Assembly: GCA_036338695.1 (NCBI GenBank)
Contig: JAYZBQ010000086.1
Coordinates: 1 to 47,248, forward strand
Origin: Myxococcota bacterium
Lineage (GTDB): Bacteria > Myxococcota > UBA4151
DNA: 47,248 bases
Direction of reading: 5' to 3'
Made by a program: the position numbers and the translations under genes. A model generated the notes under the pieces. It had not been told where the DNA came from. It searched no databases and saw only the letters and a program-made list of their open reading frames with translations. Each line of letters opens with the position of its first letter. Positions within the stretch are counted from its first letter, which is position 1. Shown here in pieces: positions 9,430 to 18,800 of the stretch.

Positions 9430-11409
9430 TCACGCGCCTTGTACGTCGCTGCGACGGCCAAGGACCCTGAGGGTTAGGAGCACGACGACCGCCGCCACGG
9501 GGAGCGCAACGCCTGGACCAAACCAGCCAAAGCCCGCCGGGATGTAACAGAGCAGCAAAGCTGCGCTCATGGCGAGCAGCGCGTAGGGCAGCTGGGTGCG
9601 GACGTGCTCGTCGAGCGGGCAGTCGGTGGAGATCGATGACATCACGGTGGTGTCGGATAAGGGCGAGCAGTGGTCACCAAAGATGGCGCCATCCATGACC
9701 GCAGCGATCGTCAAGATCGTCGTATCGAGCCCGCCGACGGTGTGCGCAATCGGGACCAATGTGGGCAGCAGGATGCCCATCGTGCCAAAGCTCGTCCCTG
9801 TCGAGAAGCTGGTCGCCGCCGCCAGCAAGAAGGTGACGGCTGGGAACCAGACCGCTGCCGTATCGCCTGCGAGCCACCCAGCGAGCACGTCTTTGGTCCC
9901 GATCTGGCTGTTTACCGAGCTCAGCACCCAGGCGCAGACAAGGATCGTGACGGCGGGCATGACGCCCTTGAGGCCGCCGATCATAGCCTGGTTGAGCGCG
10001 CTGGCGCCGACCTTTGCGCTCAGCCCGGCGCCATAAGCGAGCGCCAGACCGACCAGTGATGAGAGCGCCAGGATGCTGGCGATGTCGAGCGTGACGCCCA
10101 GGAATTGAGCTTCCTCGACGCCCATGATCGCTCGCCAACCCGACAGGCTCCAAGGGTCAAAGTGACGGCCTAACCCTGCTGCGCCCTTGTAGACGATCCC
10201 AGCAAAGACCAAGGCAAAGGTCGCGCCGAGCGGTACGAGCGCTCGCCAGGCCGCCGGGTGCTCATGGACCGAGCCTGCCGGTTGTTCATCGCCCGACGAG
10301 GGGGCGGCCTTGCGCTGGGCCTCGATCATCGGGCCGAGGTCTCGCCCCGTGTAGGCCGAAGCCAGCACCAAGAGCAGCGCCAAGAGGCAGTAGCCACGAA
10401 AGGGGACCGCTGAGAGAAACAGCGCGTAGCCGTCCACCCCGAGCCCGAGCTCCTTGGACAGGTCCTGCAGCAAGCCCACCTCATAGCCAATCCAGGTCGA
10501 CAGGAGCGCAATGCCGGCGAGCGGCGCAGCGGTTGAGTCGACCAGGTACGCCAGCTTGGCGCGGCTGGTGCCGTACCGGTCGGTCAGAGGCTTCATGGTC
10601 GAGCCCACGACCATGGTGTTGGCGTAGTCGTCAAAGAAGAGCATGCCGCCGAGCGCGACCGTCGCCGTCTCGGCGTCGCGGCGGCTTTTGACCCGCGCTG
10701 TCAGCCGGCTGACGATCCCGGCGATCCCGCCGCTTCGCTGCGCCACGCTGACGAGGGCGATGAGCGCAAAGGTGAAGACCAGAATCCACCCGTTCCATTT
10801 GCTCGAGAAGGCGTCGGTGAGCGCAGCGAGCAAACCGCTCAACATGCCGCCCAAGCCGCCGTCTGCGCCGACGAGCGCGCCGACGATAATCCCAGCGATT
10901 AGACCCGGGATGACCATGCGAAACCCGACCGCAACGAGGATGGCGAGCAAGGCGGGCATGAGGCTCCGCAGGTCGGGGAGCGTGCGCGCCTGCGGCGGAT
11001 CGATCGTCCACTTCGGCCCCATCCCTTTTTCGCCGAAGTAAAAGCCGAACGCTCCGTCCTCGTCGAGGAGCTCAAAAGCAACCGGCTCGAGCGCGTAATT
11101 GCAGCCTGTGATGTCTTGCGCTTTGTAACTTGGGATCGCCTCGTTCCATGTCCTGACGAGCAGCTCGGACTCTGGGTCTCCGAAGGATCCACCGATGGCG
11201 CGACACAGCTCAGGCGCGGTGAGCGCAAAGGTGGGCTCGCCGGGCTGGTTCGGGGTGGGTTTTTTGCCCGAGCGCGCCGCCCTGACCAGGTCGACAAGCG
11301 CGGCTTTTCTCGCCTCAGCGACGCTGAGGGTTTTTCGTGGTCCAGGGCCGTAGACGGCGGCGAGTACGGCCAGCCCAAGGAGGGCTGCCCAGAGCTGTTT
11401 GGGGGTCAT
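9430..11409 (-). CDS. Na+/H+ antiporter NhaC family protein
   Basis: FFDDYAN, KLAYLVDSTAAP, STWIGYE, SFSTGTSFGTMGI, GAIFGDHCSPLSDTT, HVRTQLPYA. Many transmembrane segments. Confidence 0.9.
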   Translation of the reverse strand: MTPKQLWAALLGLAVLAAVYGPGPRKTLSVAEARKAALVDLVRAARSGKKPTPNQPGEPTFALTAPELCRAIGGSFGDPESELLVRTWNEAIPSYKAQDITGCNYALEPVAFELLDEDGAFGFYFGEKGMGPKWTIDPPQARTLPDLRSLMPALLAILVAVGFRMVIPGLIAGIIVGALVGADGGLGGMLSGLLAALTDAFSSKWNGWILVFTFALIALVSVAQRSGGIAGIVSRLTARVKSRRDAETATVALGGMLFFDDYANTMVVGSTMKPLTDRYGTSRAKLAYLVDSTAAPLAGIALLSTWIGYEVGLLQDLSKELGLGVDGYALFLSAVPFRGYCLLALLLVLASAYTGRDLGPMIEAQRKAAPSSGDEQPAGSVHEHPAAWRALVPLGATFALVFAGIVYKGAAGLGRHFDPWSLSGWRAIMGVEEAQFLGVTLDIASILALSSLVGLALAYGAGLSAKVGASALNQAMIGGLKGVMPAVTILVCAWVLSSVNSQIGTKDVLAGWLAGDTAAVWFPAVTFLLAAATSFSTGTSFGTMGILLPTLVPIAHTVGGLDTTILTIAAVMDGAIFGDHCSPLSDTTVMSSISTDCPLDEHVRTQLPYALLAMSAALLLCYIPAGFGWFGPGVALPVAAVVVLLTLRVLGRRSDVQGA

Positions 11410-12443
11410 GGGCTCGCGGCGGGATAGAATCGACAGCCTGCGCTCGCAAAGGGCTCGGGGAGCTCATCGGCATAGGGCGAGGGCTCATGCCACGGGTGGG
11501 CTTTCATAAAGTCGACCAAATCTGGGATCCAAAAGTTGGGGTGTTGCCGGTGCCCTTGCGTGTGCGGGCAGTCAATGACGTTGCGCCCGTTATCGGTCAG
11601 ATAGTCGATCGCGGCGCGGTTGGCGTTGTCGAAGTTGATCACCTCGATCCCGAGCATACCGTAGTCATCTTGTGGCCCGCCATGCGTGATCAGGATCGTC
11701 TCCTGACCGGGTTCCATGTCGTTCCAGTCCACACCGAGACCGGGCAAAAATTGTTGCCCCCTGCCGCTCGGGTCGACCATGTCCACTTGAGCTGGATCGC
11801 TGAACCAAGCGCCGGACATGGGCGCGGTCGCCGCGAACACGTCAGGGTAGCGGACTTGGAGCATGTTGGTGGTCACTGCTCCGCCCGAGAACCCGACGCT
11901 GTAGAGGCGCGTCTTGTCGATGCGGTAGTCGAGCATCAGGCAGCCCATGACGCTCTCAAACAACATCGCCTCACGGTTGTCATCACCGGGCGACGAGTAG
12001 AGCATATCCCAGTAGAGCCCCGCCGGGTCCTCTTGGGGTTGCATGCCGCTGTCGTGGGGGCTGATCACGATGAAGGGGAAGTCGGGCTGGGCGTTGTCCA
12101 CACGGGTCGCCTGCACCCAGCTCTCGAGGTCTTGCCCGATCCCATGCCAGGAGAAGACGACGCCGACCTTAACGTCTCGATCTACGTTGGGGATCAGCGC
12201 ATGAAATCGGCGTGTCTGACCCTCGGGCGCGCCGTAGGGCCACGCGTTGTTCATCCCGTTGGTGATGGCGGGCGCATCGTCTGGGCAGGCAAAGTTGATC
12301 TCGGGACCGGGAGGGGGCGCTGCGGGTCCAGCGTCAGCGCCTTGATCGCCGCCGCTACCACCCGATCCGGCGGGCGGAGCGCAAGCCGCTAGAGCGAGGC
12401 TGAGGGCGAAGGTAAATCGGCGAGCGGTCTCGATGTTTCCCAA
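11406..12443 (-). CDS. Lipoprotein esterase (PHB depolymerase/feruloyl esterase-like alpha/beta hydrolase)
   Basis: Lipobox LAAC, VVFSWHG, IDKTRLYSVGFSGG nucleophile, HGGPQD, QGH. Confidence 0.75.
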   Translation of the reverse strand: MGNIETARRFTFALSLALAACAPPAGSGGSGGDQGADAGPAAPPPGPEINFACPDDAPAITNGMNNAWPYGAPEGQTRRFHALIPNVDRDVKVGVVFSWHGIGQDLESWVQATRVDNAQPDFPFIVISPHDSGMQPQEDPAGLYWDMLYSSPGDDNREAMLFESVMGCLMLDYRIDKTRLYSVGFSGGAVTTNMLQVRYPDVFAATAPMSGAWFSDPAQVDMVDPSGRGQQFLPGLGVDWNDMEPGQETILITHGGPQDDYGMLGIEVINFDNANRAAIDYLTDNGRNVIDCPHTQGHRQHPNFWIPDLVDFMKAHPWHEPSPYADELPEPFASAGCRFYPAASP

Positions 12444-13162
12444 AATTCGGTCACAATCTGCGCAAAGCGCTGCATCAGTTCGGTACCCAGCGGCGAAGGC
12501 CGGTGTTTGGCTACGAGGAGATCGTAGACCTCATCGCGAGCAGCCCCGTAATGATCCGCGTAGTGCCGAACTCGGTACAGGTTGTCTTCCATACGCAACT
12601 CAGCGTGGAACTGAAAACCCCAGATCGGTCGCCCCGCACGTCGTACCGCCTCGTAGGGTTGAGACGATGAGTTCGCGAGGTTGACCCACCCGTTCGGCAG
12701 GTCGTGGGCGCGATCGACGTGACCGAGCTGCACGTCAAAGCGTTCCGGAAAGTCGGCGAAGAGTCGATCGCGGCGACCCTCATCGGTGAGGGTCAGCGTA
12801 AAGGTCCCGAGCTCTTCGCGCGCATCGTCTCGAGCGACGGTCGCGCCGCTCGCCATCAGCAAGGCTTGATGACCAAAGCACATGCCGAGCAGCGGCCGGT
12901 CGATGGTCTCGAGGAGCTCGCCGCAAAACGCCACAAACCGGCGCACCCAAGCTGCCTCATCGTAGACATGGAACGCGCCGGAGCCGCCGATCAAAACCGC
13001 AGAAGCCGCTTGAAGTTCATCGGCGGTTGGTAGGCGCTCGCTCATGTTCACAGCGGTCAGTTGGTCGGGGCTGCACCCCAGCGCACGCTGCACACATTCC
13101 TGCTCGTGCGACCGCATCGGATCGTCGCTCAGTCGGCACTGCAGCAAGAGATAACGCGTCAT
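12389..13162 (-). CDS. Class I glutamine amidotransferase-like protein
   Basis: IGGSG, nucleophile LGMCFGHQ, and GFQFHAE (Cys-His-Glu triad). Confidence 0.88.
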   Translation of the reverse strand: MTRYLLLQCRLSDDPMRSHEQECVQRALGCSPDQLTAVNMSERLPTADELQAASAVLIGGSGAFHVYDEAAWVRRFVAFCGELLETIDRPLLGMCFGHQALLMASGATVARDDAREELGTFTLTLTDEGRRDRLFADFPERFDVQLGHVDRAHDLPNGWVNLANSSSQPYEAVRRAGRPIWGFQFHAELRMEDNLYRVRHYADHYGAARDEVYDLLVAKHRPSPLGTELMQRFAQIVTEFWETSRPLADLPSPSASL

Positions 13163-13174
13163 GGCGGGCGGAGC

Positions 13175-14392
13175 CTACCTGAGCACTGGGTTCAGGAACA
13201 GGCCGGAGCGCAATTTTGGCTCAAACCAAGTCGATTTAGGCGGCATGATCGCGTCATCGTCGGCGACGCTGAGCAGCTCGTTCATCGAGGTGGGGAACAT
13301 GGCGAAGGCGACCGAGCCAGGCTGTCCGTCGACCTTGCGCTCAAGCTCATCCATCCCACGGATGCCGCCGATGAACTCGATCCTTTTGGAGCGCCGGGGG
13401 TCTTCGATCCCGAGCAGCGGCTCGAGCACGTGTCGCTGCAAGATGGCGACGTCCAGGGCGTCGACCGCCGCGTGGTCTGCGTAGGTGTGGGGTTTGGCTG
13501 TCAGCGTCTTCCATGTCCCGCCTAGATACATCCCGACCTGGCGCGCCTGGTGCGGTGACCCCGAACCGTCACCGATCTCAAAGTGTTCGGAGATGGCGGC
13601 ACAGAAGGCGTCGGCGCTCAGCCCGTTGAGGTCATGGACGAAGCGGTTGTAGTCCATGACATAGAGCTGGTCATGGGGGAAGATGACGACCAAGAAACGC
13701 TGCGCAAGCTCGTTGCTCGGGTGCGCCTCAGCGATGCGGACTGCGGCGGCGCTTCGGTGGTGTCCATCAGCCACGTACAGGGCATCGATCGCCTCAAAGG
13801 CGGACTCAATGCGCGCCGTCAAATCGGCATCTTCGACCAACCACAGCTCATGGCGAACGCCAAGATCGTCCACGAGGTCGACCACCGGCGGCCTGTCCTT
13901 GGGCGCAGCGATCAGCGCATCCACGGCGGCCTCGCTCCGGTAGGCGAGGAACACCGGCGAGCATTGACATCCGGTCCCTTCGATGTGGTGGACCCGGTCA
14001 TCTTCTTTGTCAGGCCTCGTGAACTCATGGCGCTTGATCACGCCCGAGGCGTAGTCTGCCGACAAGGCGGTGGCGACCAGCCCGGTCTGCTGGCGGCCGT
14101 TCATGGTCTGGCGGTAGATCGAAAAAACGGGGGCGATATCTTGGCGCAGCGCGCCCTCGGACAACAACCGCTCGAGCTCCACCCGGGCGCGCTGGTAGAC
14201 CGCCGGTGCGTGCGGGTCGGCGTCGGCCGAGAAGTGAATGTCGGGGCGATCGACATGCAAGAAGCTGTACGGTTTCCCGGCCGCCATCGCAGCCGCCTCC
14301 TCACGGTTCATCGTGTCATAAGGGGCACAGTGGACTTGGTCGAGCGCGCCGGCGTCCGGTCGAATGGCACGAAATGGGAAAACCTTGGGCAT
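13175..14392 (-). CDS. DUF1015 family protein
   Basis: PF.AIRP, APYD, IKRHEFTRPDKEDDR, LYVADGHHR, IMPPKSTWFEPKLRSGL. GGAGGT RBS before ATG at 14392. Confidence 0.9.
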   Translation of the reverse strand: MPKVFPFRAIRPDAGALDQVHCAPYDTMNREEAAAMAAGKPYSFLHVDRPDIHFSADADPHAPAVYQRARVELERLLSEGALRQDIAPVFSIYRQTMNGRQQTGLVATALSADYASGVIKRHEFTRPDKEDDRVHHIEGTGCQCSPVFLAYRSEAAVDALIAAPKDRPPVVDLVDDLGVRHELWLVEDADLTARIESAFEAIDALYVADGHHRSAAAVRIAEAHPSNELAQRFLVVIFPHDQLYVMDYNRFVHDLNGLSADAFCAAISEHFEIGDGSGSPHQARQVGMYLGGTWKTLTAKPHTYADHAAVDALDVAILQRHVLEPLLGIEDPRRSKRIEFIGGIRGMDELERKVDGQPGSVAFAMFPTSMNELLSVADDDAIMPPKSTWFEPKLRSGLFLNPVLR

Positions 14393-14477
14393 AAGCACCT
14401 CCGCGTCGCTGATAGTTTAGGCTGAGCCACCAGGCAATCAGGGTATGAGGGTGTTGCTCGGTGTGTAATTTTGGATT

Positions 14478-15845
14478 TTATTGATTACTTATTTTTGCTT
14501 CGCTCGAGTCGGTTTTGTCTGTTTGTTCTTGTTCCTCTTCTCGTTCTTTTTCTTCGTAAATTTTCATCGAGATGAGCTCGGGGCGCGCTTCTTGCCGAGC
14601 GTGCCGGTCGTCCGGTTTGTGATAGACGCATTTCCATTCGATCTCGACCGTCTCACCCATCCACTCGTCACGCTCTGCGCGCCATTCTTTGACTTTACTG
14701 GTGTTGGCAGCGCCGCGATCAAAGTTGAAGGACTGACCGTCCTTGCTCGTAAAGACAAAGCGCTTGTCTTCGTCTTCATCGATAATACCGACGGTGCCAA
14801 TCAGAGGTTTCTCATCGCGATCAGGAATACCGAGGTTCTGGTCTCGGTTTCCGATGAGCTCCTCGATGGGTTGGAGATCCTTACAGGCTACTCTTGGAAT
14901 GGGCATCTGATGCTGTAACACGCGCATCTTCTCTGATTTGAGATCTAAGTCGCCCTCGATCCAATGGAGCGTCGAATCACCAAATTCTTCATCTTCATGA
15001 AGCGCCATTTCATAGATCGTCGTCGCTTGAGCAATCCGAGCCTTTGACGCCCATAAATCATAGCTGTGACCGAGCTTGAGCGCGGTGAGAAACAGATCCT
15101 GGTCCTTGATACGCTTCTTGTTTTTCCGACTTCCCGTAGCGCCAATGTATTGATTGATTTGCTGTCCGTCGTAGAAAAGAACTTTAGTGCTGTTGCGGGT
15201 GGCGCCGAGCATGGTGCGCTCACCAAAGCGTACAAACGAGGCAATCTCTGAGCCTTCATAAATGCAGTCATCACCAATCTTGAGCGTCTTCTTCTCACCA
15301 TCTTTGGTGACGACATAGGGGACACCGCCAAATGCCCAGTCAAAGGACTCGAGCTCCTCATGCGGACCATAACGCATCTCGTTGGACGCGAGGTAATACC
15401 GATCAACGCCATTGGTTGTGATTTTGCCTTTGTAGAGGGTTCGACTCAGGCCGCCGGTTCCGAGCACTTTAAAGTTACTTGAATCCGTTTCGATCATATC
15501 AAAGACGGGACCCATCTCCCCGTTGACCATGATGCGGTATTTGTCCTCAAGCTTTTCATTTAGCGCTTTGCGCACATCTTCAAGTAGTCCTTTGATTCGT
15601 TCACGACCCCCGCCACTCCCATCACCGATTTTTTCAAAATCAACTTTGAGTGCCTCTTTGAGCAGAAGAAAAGCATGCTCAGCATTTTTCTCAGAAACGG
15701 TGTCGAGGTCATCACTCAGGTTGCCGTCTTCGTCTTTCGCAAAGCCATAGTCTTGCCAGACAGCGAGCACTTCTTCGAGCGCATCAAGTGGGTCTTCGTT
15801 GAGACGATCTTTTTGTTTTTTGAGCTGCGTGACGATTTTGACCAA
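14478..15845 (-). CDS. Hypothetical protein; probably the C-terminal part of the upstream giant ORF
   Basis: 455-codon ORF in the same frame as 15870..20252, separated only by TAA plus 8 sense codons. TTG start has no clear RBS. Confidence 0.6.
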   Translation of the reverse strand: MVKIVTQLKKQKDRLNEDPLDALEEVLAVWQDYGFAKDEDGNLSDDLDTVSEKNAEHAFLLLKEALKVDFEKIGDGSGGGRERIKGLLEDVRKALNEKLEDKYRIMVNGEMGPVFDMIETDSSNFKVLGTGGLSRTLYKGKITTNGVDRYYLASNEMRYGPHEELESFDWAFGGVPYVVTKDGEKKTLKIGDDCIYEGSEIASFVRFGERTMLGATRNSTKVLFYDGQQINQYIGATGSRKNKKRIKDQDLFLTALKLGHSYDLWASKARIAQATTIYEMALHEDEEFGDSTLHWIEGDLDLKSEKMRVLQHQMPIPRVACKDLQPIEELIGNRDQNLGIPDRDEKPLIGTVGIIDEDEDKRFVFTSKDGQSFNFDRGAANTSKVKEWRAERDEWMGETVEIEWKCVYHKPDDRHARQEARPELISMKIYEEKEREEEQEQTDKTDSSEAKISNQ

Positions 15846-15869
15846 ATCTCGGGTCGTTCGTGCGGTCGT

Positions 15870-18800
15870 TTATTTGACTTTGACTCGGATCACGATCCCG
15901 GCCTCAGAGTCCGTACCCTCAATCTCCTTCATCTCATCGGCTACGGCAATGACTTGGCTACCCTGAACCAAGACTTGTTTATTGACTGCAACCGCAAGAG
16001 TATCGCCGTCCTTGCCATCGCCCGAGCCCTCTAAGCCCTCAACGATTGCCTGCCATGCCTTATCGTTTTGTACCGATTTCGGATTCGATTTATACGCCTT
16101 GAAAGGCTTCGTTTGCCCGCGGTTGGACCAAAGTATTTTACGGTTTGTCGCAAGCTCGAGCCCGGCAACAAATTGATCACCATCGAGGGTAAATTCGTCA
16201 TCCCACTTTTGAGCGAGTGGGCTAAAGTTCGTCTCGTACATAGCTTGGAATTTGTTGCCGCGTTTGAGTTTGGCGGCGACTTTACCTGACTTATAGCTCC
16301 AGATCGCTTCGATCTTATTGGCTTGAACCATCGTTCGACCCAAGTGGACTAAGACGTGATCAGAACCTTTCTTCGCTGAGTACACAAAACCGCCAGTGTC
16401 GGGCAGGTAGTGGACCTCTGGTAGCTTACCGTTTCCAGCCTTGGACTCGGCCCGGATTGAGATGAGCTTGAACCGGTCTGCTAGCTCATCATTTTTGACA
16501 CGAGTAATGGAAGGTTGTTCCGATGAGAACGCCCGGAATCGTACCCCTTCAGCGCCGTCATGGACTTCGATCCAGCCGTTGTCATCCTGACCCATAAAGT
16601 GAAAGCGCGGCTCGGCCACGACAAAGGGCTCAGGTGTGGGTTCTTCTTCTTCTTCGTCTTTAGCTTTGACGTCTTTCTCGGTCTCGCCTTCTTTGGCTTT
16701 CTTCTTTTTCGTCTTCTTCTTTTTCTTATCGTCCTTGTCGAGTTTCGGCGCTTCCCACTTTTGTAGATAAGCGATGTCTTTGTAGGTGGCGCTCATCGCT
16801 GAGTTGCCACGGTAATATGTCCACCCCTTATCGGACTCAGCCAGATAATGCGTATCGTCTAGGCGGTCGTTTGTTTGCAGCAGCTCGAGACCATGAAACT
16901 TAGCGGTTTCTTTATCGCCAACAACGAGCCGGTGAATACTGCGGTCTTTCTTATCAATCGAGCGATCGCTATGGATTTGATAGTGGTTCACCGCTTGATA
17001 GGTAGCGGTGTCGTTAGGTCCCTTAAATGTGACTCGATCACCATTTTTTGGTGTCGGGATTGAGCTGTACCAAGTGTGTTCTTTGCCATCGATGTTGACG
17101 CTGTAGCGCCCAGAGCGCTTGCCGATATACCAGGTGTGTTTGAGGTTGGGTGTCTTCCCTAAGCCTTCGATCGCATCGTAGCGAATATGACCAAGAGCCT
17201 CGAACTTCTTTCCATTGTCCGAGCCATGCCATTTGATGGTACGAACCTTTTCTCCACCAGCGGGCTCCCACTCGACACTCGTGGTCGAATCCCATCGTTT
17301 AAAGTCCTCTTTGAGCCCTGTTGGATCACCGATGATAAACCCTGATTTGTTACCCTCTTCGACGCGCAAGACATAGCGCTCTTTGTCGGTTTGATCCTCG
17401 AAGCTCTTAAAGCTGATTGAATCAAACCCGCCATGAACGGTTGTGTTCGTGATCCATCGCTCAAGGCTGTCTTTCGCCCGCATGTACAGGGTGCGACTGT
17501 CGCCGTAGCGATGCCCGATGATGGTTGTGTAGACTTGGTTGTTGTAGACGTAGCGAGTGCGCCCCTCCTTTTGAACGCGGTACGAGTAAGGAACCGTGAC
17601 CGTGTGCAGGGTGAGCGTCGCTCCCTTCTGAGTCATCTCTTTGATGAAGCGCTCGCTCCAAGGCGAATTGAGCGTAAAGGTGTCGCCCTCGCGTGCCGTA
17701 ACGTGGCGATGCCCTATCCGTGTGGTTCGTCCATATTGGTTGTAGCTGTACACGGCGTAGAGTTTGGTTTCTGGGCTGAGTTTATCTAAGTCATCGGCGC
17801 TCTTATCGGTCTCACTCGTCGGCTTGATGGTGACTTTGCTTGCATCAACAGTCACCTCGCCGCGCCGGACGGGGTCCGGATAATACGTGGGCATAAAGAC
17901 AGCATCAAAGGCGGGGCCGAGTGTATATTCACCGCCGTGTTCTAGGTGGACTAAATGCTTCTGACCTTCTTTTTCTGCTTCAGCGAAGACGGCGTGGTTG
18001 TCCTGCCCAAAGGTGAGTTTGGTGATGCTATCAAAGGCTTGACTGCGCTTCATGTTGACGACCACGTGCCAGCCATCATCTTGGTGGCCTGCAAAATGAT
18101 GCACCGTTTTGCCGTGGTTAATTTGTTCGGCTTTAATCTTGTGGAAGACTTGGTCGTCGATCACGGTAGCGGCTTGCTTTCCGCGGCGCACCGTGTAGCG
18201 CGGGTGATCGCCAACTACCGTAAAGCTCAAGCCAAAGGTTTGATCAAACGCGGCGCCAAGTTTTCCTTTGTGATGCAAGTGCCAACCGGCATTGTCTTCA
18301 GCAAAGAAGCTCATCTTTGAGCCGTCGTTGGAGACCGTCGGTTCTTTGATCGCCGAAAAGGGGCCGTAGACCGTGCGGTCTGTGCCGACAAAAGTACCCG
18401 CATCAACCTGAGCTAAATAATGATAGGCTTTGCCTTGGTCCTTGAGCCACGGTTGAAAGCGAATTGCCATTTCAGGCAGTTTTTTGGACGGCGTGCGGAT
18501 AAAGGCGCGACCAGCACCTTGCTCATCGACCACTTTCCAACGCTCTAGATATTGGTCGGGATCACGATCATCGGCGGCGCGCCGCATGTGACCATACACC
18601 ATTTTGTCGTCATCAGGTGTAAAGACAGGTCGGGTGACTCGATCGGCTGGCGTGCCCACTTTGTCTTCTAAGACACGATAAGCCTGGTCTTCCTTAATAC
18701 CGTCGTACCAGAGCCTGCCACCTGGGCTGACATTGAGGCCGACAACGAGTTCAAACTTTTGACCTGCTTGATGATCTTTGTAGACCCGCTGGCTCTCGCC

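Noticed and set aside
11337..12392. Long antisense or alternate-frame ORFs (e.g. 11337..12392, 22128..23174, 30682..31776, 13583..14425)
   Set aside because: Shadow ORFs opposite well-supported genes, expected in high-GC DNA, with no recognisable motifs.
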